DNA of 23,493 nt from Coprothermobacterota bacterium. Its GTDB lineage: Bacteria; Coprothermobacterota; HKB111. Below the pieces are notes generated by a model that searched no databases, was not told the origin of the DNA, and saw only the letters and a list, made by a program, of their open reading frames with translations. Below, in pieces: positions 15,989-23,493 of this stretch. Every line of letters starts with the position of its first letter. The stretch's first letter is position 1. A program made the translations under genes and the position numbers. Location: NCBI GenBank assembly GCA_037440465.1, contig JBBIUB010000018.1, positions 1-23,493 on the forward strand, written 5' to 3'.

Positions 15989-16663
15989 TTAAGTGGAATA
16001 ATCCTGTCAGGAGGTCAAGGAAAGCGACTGGGAGGAGTAAAAGCCCTGAGAAAGCTGGGAGATATTCCACTTCTTATTCGAGTTCTGGAAATACTTTCAC
16101 CTCTGGTTAATGAGGTAGTAATAGTTACGGACAACGAAGAGACCCTTGAACCCTTAAAAAATGAGTTAAATGGATATACGCTGGTGACGGATTCATTCTC
16201 TTCTATAGGAAATGGAAGTGAAATAGATGTACTTCTGGCTGGAACTTCTTCGGTAACAAATGAAAAAAGTTCAGCCCTTACTGGTTTGTATTCAGGTCTA
16301 AGGGATGCAAAGAATTTTTATTCACTGGTTGTGGGATGTGATATGCCCTTTCTAAATCCAGTGCTTCTAAACTACATGGCTTCTCAATCGTCAGGTTTTG
16401 ATGTAGTTATTCCTGAGATTCGTGGTTTGATAGAACCGCTACATGCAATTTACTGTAAGACTTGCTTACCTACCATTGGAAAATTATTAAAAGTTCAAGA
16501 ATACAGCCTGAGAGCTCTCTTACCCCGCCTTACAGTGAAAAATATACCAGAAGGAGATATCAATAGGTTTGATCCCAAACAACTCAGTTTCTACAATATA
16601 AACACGGAAGCAGATCTCCAAAGAGCAGAGCTTCTCCTGGATGAGGAAGGAAAAGTGCTATGA
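15989..16663 (+). CDS. mobA: Molybdenum cofactor guanylyltransferase (MobA)-like NTP transferase; start codon unresolved
   Basis: The frame of the 16184 ORF is open from 15956 and encodes LSGIILSGGQGKRLGGVKAL (the LAGG..xR.G..KA motif); downstream VGCDMPF, EPLHAIY, FYNINT..DL. No in-frame ATG/GTG/TTG precedes the motif, so the start coordinate is approximate. Confidence 0.85.
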   Translation, partial: LSGIILSGGQGKRLGGVKALRKLGDIPLLIRVLEILSPLVNEVVIVTDNEETLEPLKNELNGYTLVTDSFSSIGNGSEIDVLLAGTSSVTNEKSSALTGLYSGLRDAKNFYSLVVGCDMPFLNPVLLNYMASQSSGFDVVIPEIRGLIEPLHAIYCKTCLPTIGKLLKVQEYSLRALLPRLTVKNIPEGDINRFDPKQLSFYNINTEADLQRAELLLDEEGKVL

Positions 16664-17082
16664 GATTAATGGAGAGGTCGGTAGGAGCTGTAGTTTTCAG
16701 AGAAAGGAAAGAGCTGGAGTTCTTGTTGCTTCGCTATGGCGCTGGCCACTGGGATTTTGTAAAGGGAAACAGAGAGAAAGGCGAGAGAAGTAAAGAAACC
16801 CTTCTAAGAGAATTGAAAGAGGAGACAAATCTTCAAGAGGTAGAACTTGTTGATGGTTTCAAAGAGAGAATTACCTATTTTTTTCGGGAAGGGGGCGGAT
16901 TAGTCTTAAAAGAAGTAGTATTTTATCTTGCTCGGCTCAAAAACGGAGAAGTTCAAATTTCCTTTGAGCATACTGATTTTGGCTGGTTCTCTTATGAAGA
17001 ATGCCTTAAAACACTAACTTTTAAAACAGCAAAAGATGTCCTTAAAAAAGCTCACAATTATCTTATTAAGGAGGAAGGATAA
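16660..17082 (+). CDS. Nudix hydrolase, Ap4A (bis(5'-nucleosyl)-tetraphosphatase)-like
   Basis: HWDFVKG-N-REKGE...LRELKEETNL Nudix box, KEVVFYLA, SFEH; ATGA overlap with the mobA-like gene. Confidence 0.9.
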   Translation: MRLMERSVGAVVFRERKELEFLLLRYGAGHWDFVKGNREKGERSKETLLRELKEETNLQEVELVDGFKERITYFFREGGGLVLKEVVFYLARLKNGEVQISFEHTDFGWFSYEECLKTLTFKTAKDVLKKAHNYLIKEEG

Positions 17083-17084
17083 AA

Positions 17085-17684
17085 TTGAAGGGAAGAGGAA
17101 AAAAAAGTTTAAAAGAAATTGATGCGTTCTTGAAGGGAGCTAAGAGGCTGATAGGCAGAAGAGGGGGTAAGGGAGGGTTTATCATGACACTGGTAGCTAT
17201 AGCCATTATGATAACTGCTGTGATTATGAACTCTTCATCCCCAGGATTGGATACAGATTCTTCCTTTTTGGAAGTTGAAGTGAGCAAGGTCATAGATGGA
17301 GATACAATAGAGTTTCTATCTGAAAAAAACGAAACCATTAAAGTAAGACTTATAGGTGTTAATACACCCGAAAGGGGTAGGCCCTATTATAAACAAGCTG
17401 CTGATTATACAAAGAAGAACCTTCTCGGAAAAATAATATATCTGGAACTGGACATTGCTCCCAAAGATAAATATCAACGCACCCTCGCTTATGTATGGTT
17501 GTCTCCTCCGTCTAAATCAGATAAACCAACAGATGGGGAGATTCGCACCAAGATGTTCAATGCCCAAATTCTTCTTGATGGCTATGCTGATATTATGACC
17601 ATTCCACCTAATGTCAAATATCAGGACTATTTTTTGAAGTATGTGAGGGAGGCTAGAGAAGGCAGTCGGGGTTTGTGGAAGTAA
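17085..17684 (+). CDS. Thermonuclease (SNase-like) with N-terminal membrane anchor
   Basis: VIDGDTI, VRLIGVNTPE, DKYQRTLAYVW, PPNVKY, ARE..RGLW. Start uncertain. Confidence 0.92.
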   Translation: MKGRGKKSLKEIDAFLKGAKRLIGRRGGKGGFIMTLVAIAIMITAVIMNSSSPGLDTDSSFLEVEVSKVIDGDTIEFLSEKNETIKVRLIGVNTPERGRPYYKQAADYTKKNLLGKIIYLELDIAPKDKYQRTLAYVWLSPPSKSDKPTDGEIRTKMFNAQILLDGYADIMTIPPNVKYQDYFLKYVREAREGSRGLWK

Positions 17685-18936
17685 AAGATAGGAGGTAGTC
17701 ACCCTCTATATTTTGTATAATTACCGGATAGAGAGCTTTTTGATTCCGTTCTGCAAAGAATTTGACTTTTATATACTCCGAAGAATAACCTGTTAAACAA
17801 TCACCCCTTTTCTTTTCAGCCAGAACTTCCAGGGTTTGGCCTATTTTAGTGGAAGCGAAAGACAAAAAAGAAGAATGAGCCATTTTTTGAGCTCTTTCCA
17901 TTCTTTCTTTGATGATATCAGGTTTTATTCTGGGAAGTTTGCTAGCTGGGGTATGTGGGCGTGGCGAAAAGGGGAAGAGGTGAACTTTAACAAAACTAGC
18001 TCTTTTTATCGCATCCAGGGTATAGAAAAAATCTTCTTCTTCCTCTTGGGGAAATCCTATCATAATGTCAGTTGATATTCCTATTCCGCTAATCCTACTT
18101 CTAATCATCTCAATTTTCTCAAGAAATTCCTCCCGGTTGTAGGGTCTTCCCATCGCTTTTAATACCTTTGTTGACCCCGACTGAAGGGGGAGGTGCAGAT
18201 GTTTTGCCAACCTTGAGTCCCTTTCTATTATTTTAATTAATTCTTCTTCAGCTTCCAGGGGTTCTAAAGAACTGAGTCTTAGCCTGAAGGGTTGTTCTAT
18301 GGTCAGTATTTCTTCAAGGAGGGTCACCAGATTTAGACTTAAATCCTTTCCGTAAGCCCCCAGGTGAGTACCAGTTAGAACTATCTCATAGAAGCCATGT
18401 TTAAGAAGATTTGAAAATTCTTCTATTACTCCTGAAACAGGTTTGCTCCTGATTCTGCTACCTCGGAGTGTTGGAACAATACAGTAAGTGCAACAGAGGT
18501 CACAACCTTCTTGAATTTTGAGAAAGGCTCTGGTATGTCCCTTATGGTCTTCTATACTGAGGTCTTCAAAGTGCCTTAAGTCACTTTTTTTATAACCTTC
18601 TACCCTTTCTTTTAGAAGCTCGGGTAGTTCTTTTCTCCTGCCGAAACCAACTGTTAGGTTGAAAAGTTCCCTGTCAGGTGGTGTTGGATAGCAACCTGTG
18701 AGAACAAAAAAACCATTATTATAACTGCTCCTGATCTTATGAGCATATCTTGTCCACTCTTTTTCTGCTTTTTCTGTTACCGAGCAGGCGTTGACTATAT
18801 AGGTATCTGCCCTGTCCTCACCTGCTTCTATAAACCCTTCTTTCAGGAGAAGTTCCCTTATGGCCTCTCCTTCGTATTGATTTGTTTTGCATCCAAAGGT
18901 TTTAATAAAAAAGGTATTTAAAGTTGGATTAGACAT
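17653..18936 (-). CDS. mtaB: tRNA t6A37 methylthiotransferase
   Basis: TFGCKTNQYE, NACSVT, TGC, radical SAM motif CDLCCTYC, HLHLPLQSGS, HLFPFSPRPHT; follows rsmE. Confidence 0.93.
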   Translation of the reverse strand: MSNPTLNTFFIKTFGCKTNQYEGEAIRELLLKEGFIEAGEDRADTYIVNACSVTEKAEKEWTRYAHKIRSSYNNGFFVLTGCYPTPPDRELFNLTVGFGRRKELPELLKERVEGYKKSDLRHFEDLSIEDHKGHTRAFLKIQEGCDLCCTYCIVPTLRGSRIRSKPVSGVIEEFSNLLKHGFYEIVLTGTHLGAYGKDLSLNLVTLLEEILTIEQPFRLRLSSLEPLEAEEELIKIIERDSRLAKHLHLPLQSGSTKVLKAMGRPYNREEFLEKIEMIRSRISGIGISTDIMIGFPQEEEEDFFYTLDAIKRASFVKVHLFPFSPRPHTPASKLPRIKPDIIKERMERAQKMAHSSFLSFASTKIGQTLEVLAEKKRGDCLTGYSSEYIKVKFFAERNQKALYPVIIQNIEGDYLLSFTSTNPDCLL

Positions 18937-18948
18937 TGAAGGTTGGTT

Positions 18949-19665
18949 TTACCCAAGATCTCCATAGCTGTGGAGAATTAGGGAAAGGGCTACCAAAACA
19001 GCTGTCCTGACCTTGAATACAACTTCTCCTAAGCTTACTTCTTTACCACCTTTCTCTTTTATCAGCTCAATTTCTTCCTTTTCCCACCCGCCTTCAGGCC
19101 CAATAAAGATAAGGATATTGGAAGGTTTTACACCCTCAAAAACCTTCCTTAAAGGTATAGTGCTTTCCTCATAAAAAACGAGGGCCAGGTCATGCTTCGG
19201 TGTTTGATTAAGAAAATCCTTCAGAAAAATAGGTGTGTGTATAACGGGGAGAGTTCTTCTTCCAGAGACTCTTATAACCTCTTCTATGATTTTGCGGTAA
19301 TGTTCCATATCTCTTCTCAATCTTCCCTGGACTCTACTGGTATAGAGTGGATAGAAGGACTTAACACCCAACTCAGTTCCCATATACAGCACATCTTTAA
19401 AAGTGTCTTTTTCAGGAATCCCCAGGACCAACATCAAGTTTACAGAAGGGTCTTTTTTAAGGGGTACTTCTTCTAAAACCTTTCCTATCAGACTGTCTTT
19501 ACTGAAATTCTCAGTCTTTACCAGAAATTCCCTTTCTTCTGCTCTCAAGAGAAACTCATCTCCTGTCCGCAATCTTAATACTCTGGAAGCGTAGTGGTAT
19601 TCTTCTCCCTCAATAAGAACAAGGTCTCCTGAAATATTTCCTTTAAGTATTCGAGGTATGGTCAT
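18949..19665 (-). CDS. rsmE: 16S rRNA m3U1498 methyltransferase
   Basis: RVLRL, TELGV, IGPEGGW, SLG..V...TA. Confidence 0.92.
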   Translation of the reverse strand: MTIPRILKGNISGDLVLIEGEEYHYASRVLRLRTGDEFLLRAEEREFLVKTENFSKDSLIGKVLEEVPLKKDPSVNLMLVLGIPEKDTFKDVLYMGTELGVKSFYPLYTSRVQGRLRRDMEHYRKIIEEVIRVSGRRTLPVIHTPIFLKDFLNQTPKHDLALVFYEESTIPLRKVFEGVKPSNILIFIGPEGGWEKEEIELIKEKGGKEVSLGEVVFKVRTAVLVALSLILHSYGDLG

Positions 19666-21223
19666 TATTGACTGGTTTCTCTTTACTTTGAAGTTTCTCT
19701 TTTCTCTTTTCCATAAGGTGAAGATATATCATCTTTGCTCTGATAAACCGTCTAATGAGAATAGTAGTATAAATACCCATAAGGGCGAGAAATATTATGA
19801 TGACAAGGTATCCCCAGATGGGTATTTTGTATTCAGGGTTAAAAATATAGACCCTTCCTTCCAGATCTTTTTCGCCTGGGGCACCAACTGCCAGTTTACC
19901 CATTCTATTTTTTGAAGGGATAAAAACCAATGAGGTACCAAAAAAAGAATCTTGTTGTGGAACAGCTGTGGTCAATGAGTAAAACAGGGCAGTAGTCTTA
20001 CCAGAGTAAGCAAAGACAAACCCCTGATTAGTGATATCCTTTTTTGACTTCTGGAAAGCACCAATGATAAAGTCATCTCCTTTGTCTCCGTTTATATCTA
20101 TCAGGATTATTGAACTACCAAAGTAGGCGTTAGCAGAAACATCAGGAGTGGTCAGGGAATGGGTGAATATTTTTTTTGCTCCATCATATATATAAACCTT
20201 CCCCTGACCGAAGCTTTTCCCTACCATTTCTCCTGGAGCACCAATGGCGATATCTGCTTTTCCATCTCCATTAATGTCTCCCGTTGCTAATGCATAACCG
20301 AAAAGTGACATAGGACCAGGGTTGGGCGTGGTTATTATGTTAAGGAGCGACCACTTCTTTTCTCCGCCCTCTCCTTTACGACCAAAGATGTATACCTCTC
20401 CTTGTGAAGAAAATCCTCCGGTTTCACCTCCTATAGCACCTGCTATCAACTCTTTTATACCATCTCCGTCAATATCACCTGAAGCAAGAGAGCTCCCCAG
20501 GTTAATATTTTTGTTAAGGTCAGTAGGAGCTAAGATGTCCATTAGAGAGAAATCAGTACCACTGAAGATGTACACTCTCCCGTGGGTTTTTCCGGTTTTA
20601 CTGGAGCCAACCGGGATGGCAGTTGTTAATGTTGTATTTTCCGTAGGAGCTCCGATTATTATCTCAGCTCTTCCGTTTCCATCAAGGTCTTTCATAAGAA
20701 CAGAGTAACCAAATGAAGAATACTCTTTGTAGTTAGGATTGGCAAATGAATGAAGGAGATAGCCTTTTCCGTCAAAAAGATAAGCCCTACCTACACCAGA
20801 CGCTTCCTTCATATTTTCTCCCCTTGCCCCCACCAGTACTTCCCATCGTCCATCTCCGTCAAGGTCTCCTGAAGATAAAGAAGAACCAAAATAACCATCT
20901 ATCTGGGGATTGGGGGAATTTAAGGCAAAAAGATATTTACCACCCTCGTCAAAGATATATACTTTACCTTGATTGTGGTTATCACCAACTCTTTCCTGTT
21001 CAGAAGAGACTATTATCTCGTATTTTCCATCGCCATCAAAATCTCCAGTAGTCATAGTATGGCCAAATGTACTGTAAATTTGTGGGGTGGGACTTTTCAG
21101 AGAGATAATAGGAGTTCTGCCAAATACTGATAAAGGAGTGAAGGTGAGAAGTAAAACAAGAGCAAGGGAAAGGAATTTAAAACTTATTAATTTATGTCGG
21201 TTTTGATTTTTAAGTCTTTTCAT
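19643..21223 (-). CDS. FG-GAP (integrin alpha-like) repeat surface protein with C-terminal TM anchor
   Basis: Signal-like N-terminus; seven FG...GA(P) repeats, six with DxDGDG-type loops; hydrophobic IWGYLVIIIFLALMGIYTTILI followed by a basic tail. Confidence 0.9.
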   Translation of the reverse strand: MKRLKNQNRHKLISFKFLSLALVLLLTFTPLSVFGRTPIISLKSPTPQIYSTFGHTMTTGDFDGDGKYEIIVSSEQERVGDNHNQGKVYIFDEGGKYLFALNSPNPQIDGYFGSSLSSGDLDGDGRWEVLVGARGENMKEASGVGRAYLFDGKGYLLHSFANPNYKEYSSFGYSVLMKDLDGNGRAEIIIGAPTENTTLTTAIPVGSSKTGKTHGRVYIFSGTDFSLMDILAPTDLNKNINLGSSLASGDIDGDGIKELIAGAIGGETGGFSSQGEVYIFGRKGEGGEKKWSLLNIITTPNPGPMSLFGYALATGDINGDGKADIAIGAPGEMVGKSFGQGKVYIYDGAKKIFTHSLTTPDVSANAYFGSSIILIDINGDKGDDFIIGAFQKSKKDITNQGFVFAYSGKTTALFYSLTTAVPQQDSFFGTSLVFIPSKNRMGKLAVGAPGEKDLEGRVYIFNPEYKIPIWGYLVIIIFLALMGIYTTILIRRFIRAKMIYLHLMEKRKEKLQSKEKPVNNDHTSNT

Positions 21224-21283
21224 ACTGCCACCTTTTTTTGTTTAGTTCATTTTTATATTCATTATAACCCATAAAATAAATTT

Positions 21284-21307
21284 GGGGTCAGGTCTACGCA
21301 TTTGACA
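21284..21307. repeat. Left 24-bp inverted repeat
   Basis: Exact reverse complement of 22298-22321 and 3614-3637. Confidence 0.95.
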
Positions 21308-21330
21308 TATTACTGACTTCATGTAATAAT
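21302..21330 (+). promoter_or_regulatory. sigma70-type promoter of the transposase (TTGACA-N17-AATAAT)
   Basis: Perfect -35 at 21302-21307 inside the left repeat, 17-nt spacer, 5/6 -10 at 21325-21330; SD GAGGAG before the ATG. Confidence 0.65.
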
Positions 21331-21366
21331 TACTACATAATAAATAACGTTGAGGAGAGATAGACT

Positions 21367-22311
21367 ATGGCGCGACCGCTTAGAATCGAATACCCAGGAG
21401 CATTCTACCATATTACCTCAAGAGGCAATGAACAAAAAGCTATTTTCCAAGACGATAAGGAAAGAGAGAAATTTCTTTACTATTTAGAAACAGCCCACCA
21501 AAGATATAGTGCTGTAGTCCATGTATATTGCCTTATGGGCAATCATTATCACCTTTTATTAGAAACACCTCTGGGAAATCTTTCTCAGATTATGAGGCAT
21601 ATTAATGGTGCCTATACTACCTATTACAATATCAAAAGACAGAGAACAGGTCATCTTTTTCAGGGGAGGTATAAAGCAATAGTTGTGGATGCCGATGAAT
21701 ATGCTGGAGAGCTGTCTCGGTATATACACCTCAATCCTGTCAGGGCTAAAATAGTAAATAAGCCTGAGGAGTATAAATGGTCAAGCTATCGGAGTTACTT
21801 AGATATGGAAAAACCAGCAAAATGGCTTACCATAGACTTTATTCTCAGTTATTTTGGGGTGGAAAACAACCTTTCACAAAGGGAATATCGTAACTTTGTT
21901 GATGTTCTTACTGATATAAGGCACGAAAGTCCCTTAAAACAAGTTACAGCTTCGACAATACTTGGCGGATTTGATTTCATCAATGAGATTAAGGATAAAT
22001 ATCTAAACAACAGGACAATTGATCGGGATGTTCCTGCCTTAGTAGAACTTAAGAAGGCATCGATAGTAGAGATAAACCAAAAGGTTAAAGAAGTATTTGA
22101 GAGAGATACAAATTTAATAAAGAAAGCTTCTATTTATATCTGTCATAGATACAGCAGCAGAACACTTAAAGAAATAGGGGGATATTTTCAAATAGGGGAA
22201 TCGGGTGTTACAAAAGCCAGCCAAAGGTTTTATGAACTATTAAAGAATGATAGTGAAATAAGGAAAAAGGTGGTGTATATTTGTAAGAGGTTGAAATTGT
22301 CAAATGCGTAG
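21367..22311 (+). CDS. REP-associated tyrosine transposase-like HUH/Y1 protein with C-terminal HTH (DnaA-C-like)
   Basis: MARPLRIEYPGAFYHITSRGN, HUH motif MGNHYHLL, GHLFQGRYKA, catalytic Tyr in RYIHLNPVRA, YKWSSY; C-terminal TLKEIGGYF...SGVTKA helix-turn-helix. Confidence 0.93.
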   Translation: MARPLRIEYPGAFYHITSRGNEQKAIFQDDKEREKFLYYLETAHQRYSAVVHVYCLMGNHYHLLLETPLGNLSQIMRHINGAYTTYYNIKRQRTGHLFQGRYKAIVVDADEYAGELSRYIHLNPVRAKIVNKPEEYKWSSYRSYLDMEKPAKWLTIDFILSYFGVENNLSQREYRNFVDVLTDIRHESPLKQVTASTILGGFDFINEIKDKYLNNRTIDRDVPALVELKKASIVEINQKVKEVFERDTNLIKKASIYICHRYSSRTLKEIGGYFQIGESGVTKASQRFYELLKNDSEIRKKVVYICKRLKLSNA

Positions 22312-22321
22312 ACCTGACCCC
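22298..22321. repeat. Right 24-bp inverted repeat, overlapping the transposase stop codon
   Basis: TGTCAAATGCGTAGACCTGACCCC; the TAG at 22309-22311 is the stop. Confidence 0.95.
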
Positions 22322-22353
22322 TAAGTTATAATTTATAAAAAGAGGTGAATAAC

Positions 22354-23382
22354 ATGGTTTTAGTAACAGGTTCAACAGGACACCTGGGAAATGTCCTGAT
22401 AAGAGAACTCCTATCAAGGGGCGAAAAGGTACGAGCGATGATTTTACCGGGCGAGAGAATTGATTCGCTGGAAGGACTTAAAGTTGAAAGAATAATAGGT
22501 AATGTACTTAATCCTGACACCATTGATAGAGCCATGTTAGGTATGGAGTTAGTTTATCACCTGGCAGGCATTATCTCTATTGTACCTGGCAAAAATGAAA
22601 TAATGAGAAAGGTGAATGTAGAAGGAGTACAAAATGTAGCCCGGGCTGCCCTTAGAGCAAGAGTTAAGCGAATGGTTCATGTAAGTTCAATTCACGCATT
22701 CAGGCGGGAGCCTCATGGTGTGATTATTGATGAAAACACTCCCCTGGCACTGGATGCTCCTTCTGGGAGTTATGATAGAACTAAAGCGGAAGGAACCCGG
22801 GTACTGCTTGAAGTGGTTAAAGAAGGACTTGATGCCGTGATTGTTTGCCCTACCGGGATTTTCGGTCCCCATGATTTTCTTGGTTCTCATATGGGTCAGG
22901 TGATTAAGGATTTCTCGAAGAAGAAGCTACATTTTCTGGTTGATGGAGCCTATGATTTTGTGGATGTCCGTGATGTAGCGAGGGGAATTGTTCTGGCAGG
23001 TGAAAAGGGTAGAAGAGGTGAAATTTATATTCTTTCGGGTAATCAAATTACAGTGAAGGAGTTGAAAAAGCTTGTCCAGGATGTTTCTGGTGTTCGTTCT
23101 CCGGGCATCGTCGTTCCTCAGAGATTAGCAATGTTTTTCGCAAACTTTATACAGCGCTTTTACCATTTGTCAGGAGTAAAACCCAGGTTTACCTCGTATT
23201 CTCTCCAAACCCTCAGTGAAAATTCAGTTTTCAGTTGTAACAAAGCCCGAAATGAACTGGGATATTCTACTCATCCCGTTAAAGAGACAATTTTAGACAC
23301 TCTTGTTTGGTGGAAGATGCATCATAGACTTCATTCCCGTACAACACGGTCATTGAAAAACAAACCCTCACTTATAAAATAA
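22354..23382 (+). CDS. Extended SDR / NAD-dependent epimerase-dehydratase (dihydroflavonol reductase/HpnA-like)
   Basis: VLVTGSTGHLG, YHLAG, HVSS, YDRTK (YxxxK), DVRDVA. Start ATG 22354 behind GAGGTG. Confidence 0.92.
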   Translation: MVLVTGSTGHLGNVLIRELLSRGEKVRAMILPGERIDSLEGLKVERIIGNVLNPDTIDRAMLGMELVYHLAGIISIVPGKNEIMRKVNVEGVQNVARAALRARVKRMVHVSSIHAFRREPHGVIIDENTPLALDAPSGSYDRTKAEGTRVLLEVVKEGLDAVIVCPTGIFGPHDFLGSHMGQVIKDFSKKKLHFLVDGAYDFVDVRDVARGIVLAGEKGRRGEIYILSGNQITVKELKKLVQDVSGVRSPGIVVPQRLAMFFANFIQRFYHLSGVKPRFTSYSLQTLSENSVFSCNKARNELGYSTHPVKETILDTLVWWKMHHRLHSRTTRSLKNKPSLIK

Positions 23383-23383
23383 A

Positions 23384-23401
23384 TAGGGACAGTTCTTAAT
23401 T
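23384..23401 (+). repeat. Dispersed 18-bp motif, family B, copy 2 (TAGGGACagTTCTTAATT)
   Basis: 16/18 identical to 196-213; begins 2 nt after the SDR stop codon. Confidence 0.6.
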
Positions 23402-23423
23402 TATTCTGGCTTCTTTAGAATAT

Positions 23424-23475
23424 AAAAAAGGTGGTCGGGGCGGGCAGTTTGTTGTCTCGCTCTCCCCGCCACCTT
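23424..23475 (-). terminator. GC-rich hairpin with U-tract on the minus strand (intrinsic terminator of a transcript coming from the right)
   Basis: aaggtgg(t)cgggg...ccccgccacctt stem (23428-23475) with an A6 run at 23424-23429. Confidence 0.65.
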
Positions 23476-23493
23476 CGGTATCTTCCATTGCCT

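Larger units (their letters stand above)
21284..22321 (+). mobile_element. RAYT-like element: HUH transposase gene bounded by perfect 24-bp inverted repeats
   Basis: GGGGTCAGGTCTACGCATTTGACA (21284-21307) and its exact reverse complement (22298-22321) enclose only the transposase gene; no obvious target-site duplication. Confidence 0.85.

Noticed and set aside
16184..16663. ORF-track start for mobA (159 aa)
   Set aside because: It would omit the essential N-terminal GG nucleotide-binding motif that is present in-frame upstream.
3614..22321. 24-bp repeats as a CRISPR array
   Set aside because: Only three dispersed copies in mixed orientation, no regular spacers and no cas genes.
23430..23493. 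tRNA or T-box at the window end
   Set aside because: No T-arm GTTCRA or cloverleaf, and no GGTGGNACCGCG T-box consensus.

Overview
Low-GC bacterial chromosomal window, probably from an anaerobe; the lineage cannot be assigned from sequence alone. Left to right: the 5' end of a NuoE/HydC-like redox subunit, rph-rdgB, a PLP-dependent Arg/Lys/Orn decarboxylase, a NimA/PNPOx-like flavoprotein, and a compact cooF-FAD/NAD(P) oxidoreductase-cooS Ni-CODH operon with no maturation or sensor genes in the window. A long + strand cluster follows (unknown membrane protein, lgt, hutP, priA, def, fmt, PASTA lipoprotein, rpe, mobA-like, Nudix, thermonuclease), then a convergent FG-GAP protein-rsmE-mtaB unit, a RAYT-like HUH (Y1) transposase and an extended SDR. 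The best candidate for an undescribed system is the HUH transposase. It is bracketed by a perfect, non-hairpin 24-bp inverted repeat that supplies its -35 box and stop codon. An identical solo copy lies about 17.7 kb away at the 3' edge of the CODH operon, and a related 18-bp motif marks two other gene boundaries. Other oddities: a mobA frame with no canonical start that a +1 shift at TCC-TGA would fuse to rpe, a PriA with degenerate helicase motifs, a possible double pseudo-protease upstream of lgt, and apparently leaderless genes. No rRNA, tRNA or CRISPR array was recognised.
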